A stretch of 20,697 nucleotides of DNA from a virus. The position numbers were made by a program, and so were the translations under genes. The number at the start of each line of letters is the position of its first letter. Within the stretch, counting starts at the first letter, position 1. Below the pieces are notes generated by a model. That model was not told the DNA's origin and ran no database searches. It worked only from the letters and a program-made list of their open reading frames with translations. Below are positions 1 to 6,435 of this stretch, piece by piece. The stretch spans positions 1 through 20,697 of IMG/VR virus record IMGVR_UViG_3300017914_002709; one strand, written 5' to 3'.

Positions 1-1343
1 CCAGATGTGCCTGTTTCACTATCTCCAAACAATTGTGTGAATAAAGTACTAAAACTTGTTCCTAGTTTAAGAAGTTCGTCACCTAATTTACTATTGATTA
101 ATGTATCTAGAACTTCTTTCTTCAATAAGCTAACACTGTTTTCAAAATTGGTCAAGAGACTTGTAATTCTATCTTGTGTGGCTTGGTCTTCTAGAATTTG
201 TGCAGTATTGATGTTGCCTAATTTTTCCATTTCAGCAAGCACTTCAAAAAGTGCTGCAATTGGAGAACCAGCTTGAGTAAGCAAAGCCATTTGCTCAGGA
301 CTAAATTGTGCTCTAATATTTGCTGCAATATCGGGACCTAAATCAGCAGCTTGTTTCAAAAAGTCTTCAGGACTTAAATTCGCAGCATTTTCCATAAGAT
401 CTAAAAACTTTTGTCCGCCGTCAATGTTTGCAAGTGCTTTACCCAAGTCAGTTAGCTCACCAGTACCATTGGCCATTTGAATCAAGTCATCAGTAAATGC
501 TGGACCAATAATTTCTGCCATAGCTGCTAAATTGTTGGTCAAATTGCCTGCACCTTTGCCTGCCCTAGCCATCAAACTTTGGAATTGTGCATTGTTTGCA
601 AGTTGCTTGGTTTGTTCAATAAGTTGATCTCTGCTTTTACCAGTTGCTTTTGTAAGCAAATCAATTTCTGTCAAATACTCTTGGCTGCCTTTGATAAGCT
701 GACGCTGTGTCATACCTTCTAGTCTGCCTTGTATTGCTTGGTTTTCAACATAAGCCAAGAAGCCTTCATTTACATCACCAATAGTAAAGCCAAGATCAAA
801 CAAACGCTGTCCTACATCGCCGCTTCTAATTGACTTGCTCAATCTCACAAAGTCTTGCGCACCTCTAGTAACTGTTCCGCCTAACAGCCTCAACACTTCA
901 CTGTTGTCTTGTATAGTTGTGTAAAACTCATCTAGACGCATGCCTGATGTTGCTGCTGCAATGTTCATGTCAATGATACTGTTGTTGAAACTTGCACCAA
1001 CCTGTGACAATGATCTAAATTGATCAACACTGCCTTCAGCAAAATCAATTAGCTTTGATAGTCTGCTGTTTGCACCAAGCAAATGTTGACTAAAGTCACT
1101 GATTCTGTTTCCGCCGGCAAGAAATTCTTTGGTTAGGTTACCAGCTGCACGGAAAGTTTTACGCATGATGCTGTCGCCATCTTTCACAGCTTTGTTGTAA
1201 TTTTCCTGCAAACGTTGTTGCTGACGAGCAGCATTGGCCTGAGTAGTACCTTGCTTGGTTGTTGCATCCAACAGTCGTTGAAGTGTAGCTTCACTGGCGG
1301 CACCGTCACGTCCGCCTATATTGGTAATTTCTACTTCAGACAT
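1..1343 (-). CDS. Tape-measure-like tail protein (T4 gp29 analogue), 3' end runs off the window
   Basis: Not in the ORF track because it has no stop in the window. ATG at 1343 gives MSEVEITNIGGRDGAASEATLQRLL...FRSLSQVGASFNNSIIDMNIAAATSGMRLDEF...EIDLLTKATGKSRDQL. Ala/Gln/Leu-rich and helical-looking, next to tail chaperone-like genes, with CATAAATA late-type box at 1397-1404 (-). Confidence 0.65.
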   Translation of the reverse strand, partial: MSEVEITNIGGRDGAASEATLQRLLDATTKQGTTQANAARQQQRLQENYNKAVKDGDSIMRKTFRAAGNLTKEFLAGGNRISDFSQHLLGANSRLSKLIDFAEGSVDQFRSLSQVGASFNNSIIDMNIAAATSGMRLDEFYTTIQDNSEVLRLLGGTVTRGAQDFVRLSKSIRSGDVGQRLFDLGFTIGDVNEGFLAYVENQAIQGRLEGMTQRQLIKGSQEYLTEIDLLTKATGKSRDQLIEQTKQLANNAQFQSLMARAGKGAGNLTNNLAAMAEIIGPAFTDDLIQMANGTGELTDLGKALANIDGGQKFLDLMENAANLSPEDFLKQAADLGPDIAANIRAQFSPEQMALLTQAGSPIAALFEVLAEMEKLGNINTAQILEDQATQDRITSLLTNFENSVSLLKKEVLDTLINSKLGDELLKLGTSFSTLFTQLFGDSETGTS

Positions 1344-1363
1344 CTTTCTCTCTAAATTATATG

Positions 1364-1388
1364 CGCACTTTATATCGTTAGATATATA
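1364..1388 (+). promoter_or_regulatory. Putative late promoter (CGCAC-N14-TATATA) for the 1418 gene
   Basis: Same geometry as CGCAC-N14-TAAATA (8361-8385) and CGCAC-N13-TAAATA (18639-18662); SD GGAG at 1406-1409. Confidence 0.45.
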
Positions 1389-1396
1389 CTATACAT

Positions 1397-1404
1397 TATT
1401 TATG
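1397..1404 (-). promoter_or_regulatory. T4-type late promoter CATAAATA for the tape-measure-like gene
   Basis: 7/8 match to the gp55 consensus TATAAATA, ~55 nt upstream of ATG 1343. Confidence 0.6.
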
Positions 1405-1417
1405 CGGAGAAAACCAT

Positions 1418-2281
1418 ATGGACAATCCATCTCAGAATCCGTTAGCAAAACACTTTAGACAACCAAAACTGTTTATCAAGTTGCCGAGCAACGGAGCATT
1501 TTATCCTCAAGGATCACTTGAGCTAACAGAAAACATGCAGTTTCCAGTGTATGCTATGACAGCCAAGGATGAACTCATGTTCAAAACACCTGATGCGCTG
1601 TTGAACGGACAGAGCACAGTCAGTGTTATCGAAAGTTGCTTGCCAAACATCAAAAACGGATGGATGGTGCCAAGCATTGACATTGACGCAATTCTAATTG
1701 CTATTCGCATTGCAACCTATGGTGACACCATGGATATGGAATTCACTGTGCCAGTTGTTGGCGACAAGCGTGGATTTGAATTAAAACTCACTCCGCTGTT
1801 GGATCAGTTGCAAGCAAATGAGTACACTAATCTAGTGTATCACAATGAGTTTACATTTGAACTTGCTCCAGGCAATTACAAAACATTCACAGACAATGCA
1901 CTGAAAAGTTTTGAAGAACAAAGATTGTTTGCAACAATAAATTCAGATGACATGGATGAAGTTGAGCGTCTTAAAATTTTCCAAGAAGCATTTGCAAGAC
2001 TCACAACATTGAATATTCAAAACATTTTTGACACTGTTAAGAGCATCACTGTTGACAGCGAAACTGTTACCAACAGTGTGCACATCAAAGAATTTTTTGA
2101 CAATGCTCCTGCAGATGTATACAAAGCATTGTTGGATCATATTGACACACAACGTAAAAAATTCCAAGTAAAACCTTTTGAGATTACCACAACTGAAGAG
2201 GATAGAAGTGCAGGCGCACCTGAAACATTTGAAGTGCCGTTTACTTTTGATCAAGCAAATTTTTTCGCATTAGGATCTTAG
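1418..2281 (+). CDS. gp26: Baseplate hub/tail assembly chaperone, T4 gp26-like
   Basis: N-terminal IKLPSNG...VYAMTAKDELM...IESC...DIDAILIAIRIATYGDTM resembles the gp26 pattern (LPS..MT.K.E....D.D..L..IR..S.GE); tail context; GGAG SD. Confidence 0.7.
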   Translation: MDNPSQNPLAKHFRQPKLFIKLPSNGAFYPQGSLELTENMQFPVYAMTAKDELMFKTPDALLNGQSTVSVIESCLPNIKNGWMVPSIDIDAILIAIRIATYGDTMDMEFTVPVVGDKRGFELKLTPLLDQLQANEYTNLVYHNEFTFELAPGNYKTFTDNALKSFEEQRLFATINSDDMDEVERLKIFQEAFARLTTLNIQNIFDTVKSITVDSETVTNSVHIKEFFDNAPADVYKALLDHIDTQRKKFQVKPFEITTTEEDRSAGAPETFEVPFTFDQANFFALGS

Positions 2282-2321
2282 CACTACCACTAGAAGATAT
2301 CTTGGAAGAAGTTAAGATCCT
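2257..2321 (+). promoter_or_regulatory. Putative programmed -1 ribosomal frameshift signal
   Basis: In-frame slippery heptamers A-AAT-TTT (2257-2263) and T-TTT-TTC (2260-2266), followed by an 11-bp stem AGGATCTTAGC (2272-2282)/GTTAAGATCCT (2311-2321). The -1 frame is open from 2251 to TGA 2494-2496. Confidence 0.75.
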
Positions 2322-2496
2322 TGAAAACAGCAGCAAACAATTCAAATATGATTTAAGCAAACTGTGTTGGTACATGCGTGGAGGAATGACACTAGCCGAA
2401 GCGTATGAAACTTCTTACGAAGATAGAGAAGTGATCAGTCAGCTCATAGAAGATAATCTAGAGACTGCTAAGAAAACTGGGCAACCATTCTTTTGA
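2302..2496 (+). CDS. gp51-like baseplate/tail assembly module, probably made as the C-terminal part of a frameshift fusion with the 1418 ORF
   Basis: LCWYMRGGMTLAEAYETSYEDREVISQLIEDN resembles gp51-like 'LM..HKYSL.E.ENM..WER..Y..LL' in spacing. The TTG start has no clear SD and lies inside the loop of the frameshift stem. Confidence 0.6.
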   Translation: MEEVKILENSSKQFKYDLSKLCWYMRGGMTLAEAYETSYEDREVISQLIEDNLETAKKTGQPFF

Positions 2497-3150
2497 TTAT
2501 TTAGAAACTTTGTAGCCTGCTGCTTTGAGTTTGTCAATTGCAGCTTGTGTTTCTGCATCAGGTGCTGCTCTTTGTGATTTGAAACTGCCTTTAGGTTCAT
2601 CACCTTGAGCAAATCTACTTTTGTCAAAGCCGGCTGCACCGCCATAACCTTTTGCCACAACCTGTTTGATAATGTCTTTAACTTCACGCTTGGTGAGAAT
2701 GTCACCTGGCTCGGCTTCGTACATGCTTTGATTGATTTGATCTGCAGGAACAACACCACTTGCATTTTTCACAGCCGACGCAGCTTTTTGTGCGCCAACT
2801 TTGGCCATACCGCCAAGTTTAGCTGCTGCATCTCCTGCTGCTTTCATCTTGTCCGCACGTCCTTGCTTACGTGCTGCCTTCTTCATGCCTTTGGTTTGAT
2901 ATTGACCAACAATTGACTGTGCAATATCACCAAGTCCTTTTTGATCAAAGTACTTCATTACAGCATCAGCAGTTGCTTTTTGCTTTGATGTTTTTAGATA
3001 TGTCAGTAATTCAACTTCCATCTGACGTGCTTCATCTTTAGTAGCACCTTTAGCAGCCTTTTTGGCTTGCTTCATCATTTTTGCTTTTTTAGTGAATGGA
3101 ATTGCTTCTTCCAATTCATTTTGTTCTGCTATAATCTGAAATACTTGCAT
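2497..3150 (-). CDS. Hypothetical Lys/Ala-rich late protein, possible internal head protein
   Basis: 217-aa ORF with SD AAGGA and perfect TATAAATA at 3181-3188. Acidic N-terminus (MQVFQIIAEQNELEEA) followed by a basic, Ala-rich body. Confidence 0.7.
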   Translation of the reverse strand: MQVFQIIAEQNELEEAIPFTKKAKMMKQAKKAAKGATKDEARQMEVELLTYLKTSKQKATADAVMKYFDQKGLGDIAQSIVGQYQTKGMKKAARKQGRADKMKAAGDAAAKLGGMAKVGAQKAASAVKNASGVVPADQINQSMYEAEPGDILTKREVKDIIKQVVAKGYGGAAGFDKSRFAQGDEPKGSFKSQRAAPDAETQAAIDKLKAAGYKVSK

Positions 3151-3180
3151 GTTAGTAGTCCTTAAATGTGTTGTTATTAT

Positions 3181-3188
3181 TATTTATA
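3181..3188 (-). promoter_or_regulatory. T4 late promoter TATAAATA
   Basis: Exact consensus 30 nt upstream of ATG 3150; a gp55 homolog is in the window. Confidence 0.8.
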
Positions 3189-3194
3189 CATTTA

Positions 3195-3269
3195 AGATGA
3201 ACTAACGTTCATCTGTGTTATCGCTATCGCTCAACACATAATTTTTTTATTATTAAGTGCGAAGCACTT
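3195..3269. repeat. Cluster of three adjacent short hairpins
   Basis: AGATGAAC-taac-GTTCATCT (3195-3214); TGTGTT..cgctatcgc..AACACA (3214-3238); AAGTGC-gaa-GCACTT (3255-3269). Confidence 0.75.
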
Positions 3270-3668
3270 TAGTTTCATGTAGATCGTTTTGGTCAGACGG
3301 AACCTCTTGTAAGGTTCCACCTTCTCAAGCTTCATGTGAGTCATGATCGGCCGAGATCGGAAGTAGGTTTTTGTTTATACTGCTACGCAACGGGCTCTGA
3401 CCTTTCCCAACCTACGTCGACATCATACGCTATACCGTATATTTGAACAATATACGTTACACCGTATTATCCCCCGCTTCGTTCCTAGTGCTAAGGGTTT
3501 TTATGCGTAATGTGCAGTTTTTCGACAGCCAACAATCTATCTATACCGACGGATACTGGAATGGTAATGGTTAACCTACATCAGTCCATTAGTATGTTGC
3601 GTGTCCTATATCTCTATAGGTTTTTTCACAGCGGAATTATTAAACTGGCCCGCTAACCTTATGTGTTG
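3232..3668 (-). ncRNA. Candidate large structured non-coding RNA (~437 nt), family not recognised
   Basis: No ORF in the track. Perfect 10-bp terminal inverted repeat (3232-3241/3659-3668), many helices, CCUAUA-GAGA-UAUAGG GNRA hairpin, G-U pairs that work only on the minus strand, and a 7-bp pseudoknot GGUCAGA/UCUGACC. Confidence 0.7.
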
Positions 3669-3680
3669 GTTATTTGCCTA

Positions 3681-3989
3681 TTATATTTTGATTTGGCCTG
3701 TGTTGTAACGTCTAATCAGTTCGTTATTAGCTGCATGTTTTAAATGTTTTGATTTAAAATTTAAACCTGCCCATACAAGATACTTTTCGTTTAAGTCTTT
3801 TATCTTTGTGCCTGCATGGTTGCCTGTAGGCCAAACGCCTTGTTCTAATAATTTGATTTCGTTACTAACATTTTGTTTGTAATTGAAATATTTGTCTTGT
3901 CTTGCACTTGCTTCGTGTCGTTGTGACGCAACTGCTTCGCCTGTGAGCTTTGAATCTTTTGCCTTTTTCCAATCAAGACTTCTTGACAT
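3681..3989 (-). CDS. Small protein with an exonuclease-X C-terminal/DUF3820-like motif
   Basis: VWPTGNHAGTKIKDLNEKYLVWA matches the [MF]PFGK[HY]KG..I.DLP..YL.W pattern; overlaps the GIY-YIG gene end by 17 nt. Confidence 0.55.
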   Translation of the reverse strand: MSRSLDWKKAKDSKLTGEAVASQRHEASARQDKYFNYKQNVSNEIKLLEQGVWPTGNHAGTKIKDLNEKYLVWAGLNFKSKHLKHAANNELIRRYNTGQIKI

Positions 3990-4407
3990 GTTCTAACAAT
4001 GCTTTCCTAAGTTTATTAGACCCACCAACTCTTACATTGATGATACCATTATAGTATTCGTCTGTTTCTAATACACGCCTATCAAACTGTTCTCGTGCTT
4101 CAATGTAGCTCATTTCCGCTCTACTCTTGCAAAAGTAAAGTATTTCACGAGAAAATTTGTCTTCGCCTAAGTTTTTAACATCTTCGTTCAGTCTATCTGA
4201 ACTTCCCCAGTATTCACGCCAATCTGATTCTTTATATCCGCGGCGTTTGTTCTTTTTGCCTTTAAGTGGTGGCTTTGTTGTTTTAAACTTTGCTAATTTT
4301 TTGCCTATATACTTGCGATTGTCAGTCAAGTTGGTAATCAAATAAACAAATCCTTCATATTCATCTGATATTTCTGTGATTTGCTCACCTTGATATGTCC
4401 AACTCAT
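3973..4407 (-). CDS. Stand-alone GIY-YIG family endonuclease
   Basis: GFVYLITNLTDNRKYIGKK (GIY-x10-YIG), YWGSS, conserved Glu (YIEAREQ), YYN. 144 aa with no appended DNA-binding domain. Confidence 0.85.
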   Translation of the reverse strand: MSWTYQGEQITEISDEYEGFVYLITNLTDNRKYIGKKLAKFKTTKPPLKGKKNKRRGYKESDWREYWGSSDRLNEDVKNLGEDKFSREILYFCKSRAEMSYIEAREQFDRRVLETDEYYNGIINVRVGGSNKLRKALLEHVKKS

Positions 4408-4414
4408 ACTTTAA

Positions 4415-4660
4415 TTACTTGTTGGCCTTTACTTCCCTTGCCTTTTTTGGATTATTGTTCTTTCTGCCGTCTTGTACATGCCTAATGTGTTCTTCCATTA
4501 TCTCATCACGTCTCACTTTGCAGAGATCACGCAGTTCGCCTAGCTTTTTGCGAACCTTTCTGCGTTTTAACTCTGCAGGACGCTGTTGGAATATTTCATT
4601 GAGTGCGAAATAATCCAATACTGCCTTGATTATCTTGTCATGTGTGTCGTCTTCGTTCAT
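4415..4660 (-). CDS. Small basic helical protein, possibly Hc1 (histone H1-like) family
   Basis: THDKIIKAVLDY...NE.F...RRKVRKKLGELRDLCKVRRDEI resembles phage Hc1-like proteins; start overlaps the gp46 stop (ATGA). Confidence 0.45.
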   Translation of the reverse strand: MNEDDTHDKIIKAVLDYFALNEIFQQRPAELKRRKVRKKLGELRDLCKVRRDEIMEEHIRHVQDGRKNNNPKKAREVKANK

Positions 4661-6435
4661 TCTACTATTTCAATATCGTTCTCATATGTGGTAAAGCCGT
4701 TTTCTTTAACAACTTTTAATACATTATTCACTCTGCCTACTAGTTCGTCCTTGTGACTGATCAAGAACACGTTCTTATCACGTTCTCTAGTCATCTTTTT
4801 CAGTATGCCTATGCTGTTTTCTACTCCAGCAGTGTCCATTCCGCTGTCAATCAACTCATCAATGAACAATAAGTTGATGTTTTGGTATAAACTCTCCCAA
4901 ACATCACGGAAAGCAAAGCTAAGACCGAGAATTAACCTATTTCGTTCACCACGTGACAGGTTATCAAAGTCTAAATCTTGTCCTAACTGTGTAATTTCTA
5001 CGTTTAGGTCGTTTTGGAACACCACTTGATGTGGTAAGCCTATTTTATCTAAGTAATATGTGAGCCTTGCGTTCAAATATGCCAAGTTTTGGTCAATAAT
5101 CTTCTTTCTAATGAAAGAATCTTTGTTTGTCAACAGTTTCAACAGAAACTCTTGGTGTTCTTTAAAACTAGTCAACTGATTCACTGTTGTCCAGTCTATT
5201 TCTTGCAGTGCTGTATTGGTTAAGTCGTCAATCTGTGCCTGATAAGGGTCTTCTTCTTGCGTTTTACTTACCAATGTTTGCTTTAAGTTATCTACGTTGT
5301 TTCTATGTTCATATGCTTCACGTGCAGTTTCGTAAAAAGTGTTGGGTCTACCATTGATATCACCAATTTCGTCCAAGTTCTTTACTACACCTTCTAGTTT
5401 CACAGATACTTCCGTCTGATATGCCATACTATCCTGTAGATCTTTGGTTTTTGTGGCAAGAATCTCTGCTTTTTTGTCTTCATGCAGTGCTTGTCCACAG
5501 GTGTAGCAGGTTGCATCGTCTAATTCGGCAATATCCTTCTCTGCTTTCTCTACACTCTTGTTTGCTCGCATCAATGCACTGTCTAATGTAGCTCTTTCCT
5601 TGTTCAATGCAGTAATTGCAGCATTCAACTCGTTCCAATTAGCCAATTTATCGTGATTATCTAGTTCTTTTTCAATATCCAGCTTCTCTAGTTCGTCAAT
5701 TCCTGACTCTAACCGTTCAATATCGCTTTTTTGCTTGCTATTCCATGCTTTTTGTCTTCTAATCAACGAATCGATGCTGGTTTGAATGTTTTCATTGCTG
5801 GCTTTCACTGCATCAATGCGCATGTTCTCTTCTGTGATAGCATCTTTGGTAGTTCTTACCTGTTCTTTCAGCATATTTGCTTTTTCACTGAGCAAAGTAA
5901 TGCCTAACAGTTGTTCAATGATCTCTCTTTGATCATTTGTACGCATACTGAGGAAAGGTTCGGTATATGTATTGAGTGCAACCACATGTTTAAACATGTT
6001 ATGGCTCATACCCAATAGATCTTGTATACTTTCCTGTGTTTTTCTACTATCACCTTGGCTATTATCGTCAAATTCGTCACTTTGATCTTGATCATTGATG
6101 TAAAACTTCAGTACATTAGGTGATCTACCACGTTCGATGCGATACTTGTTGCCGTTTTTCTCAAAATTTAGGGTGACCAACATACCTTTAGAGTTTGTCT
6201 TGTTGATAAGATTGTTTCTCTTGATGTTGGTCAGTGCTTGGCCGTACAAGGCATAGGATAATGCATTGATTATCGTAGTTTTACCCGTACCGTTGCGTGA
6301 TCCTGAATCGTCACCTCCTTGGTCTAAGTTTTCACCAAGCACTAGAGTGAGTTGATCTTCTTCAAAATCAACTGCTTGGGTAACATTACCCACACTCATA
6401 AAGTTTTTAACTGTTAAATCTTTGATTTTTATCAT
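4657..6435 (-). CDS. gp46: Recombination endonuclease ATPase subunit (Rad50/SbcC-like, T4 gp46)
   Basis: KNFMSVGN, Walker A GSRNGTGKTT, coiled coil with CYTC zinc hook, LSRGE signature, Walker B LLFIDE, ISH loop. Confidence 0.95.
   Translation of the reverse strand: MIKIKDLTVKNFMSVGNVTQAVDFEEDQLTLVLGENLDQGGDDSGSRNGTGKTTIINALSYALYGQALTNIKRNNLINKTNSKGMLVTLNFEKNGNKYRIERGRSPNVLKFYINDQDQSDEFDDNSQGDSRKTQESIQDLLGMSHNMFKHVVALNTYTEPFLSMRTNDQREIIEQLLGITLLSEKANMLKEQVRTTKDAITEENMRIDAVKASNENIQTSIDSLIRRQKAWNSKQKSDIERLESGIDELEKLDIEKELDNHDKLANWNELNAAITALNKERATLDSALMRANKSVEKAEKDIAELDDATCYTCGQALHEDKKAEILATKTKDLQDSMAYQTEVSVKLEGVVKNLDEIGDINGRPNTFYETAREAYEHRNNVDNLKQTLVSKTQEEDPYQAQIDDLTNTALQEIDWTTVNQLTSFKEHQEFLLKLLTNKDSFIRKKIIDQNLAYLNARLTYYLDKIGLPHQVVFQNDLNVEITQLGQDLDFDNLSRGERNRLILGLSFAFRDVWESLYQNINLLFIDELIDSGMDTAGVENSIGILKKMTRERDKNVFLISHKDELVGRVNNVLKVVKENGFTTYENDIEIVE

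Noticed and set aside
7-276. 89-aa plus-strand ORF
   Set aside because: Antisense shadow of the long minus-strand tape-measure-like frame.
3271-3345. CRISPR-like or TIGR/box C/D array
   Set aside because: Only two imperfect 10-nt repeats, no regular periodic array, no Cas or Nop-domain gene in the window.
3570-3590. Hammerhead-like CUGAUG core
   Set aside because: Reads CUGAUGU rather than CUGANGA and no properly placed GAAA with flanking stems.
3232-3668. Retron msr-msd (a1/a2-like terminal repeats followed by G)
   Set aside because: No reverse transcriptase in the window and the fold is multibranched; cannot exclude an RT elsewhere in the genome.
3232-3668. Group I/II intron, tmRNA, RNase P RNA or tRNA
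   Set aside because: No interrupted gene; no P7-type core, GUGYG/domain V, tRNA-like ends or GGAAAGUC P4 motif recognised by eye. Needs cmscan to be definitive.
3973-4407. Classical mobile homing endonuclease or intron ORF
   Set aside because: No DNA-binding domain and no host gene interruption; reported as a stand-alone nuclease instead.
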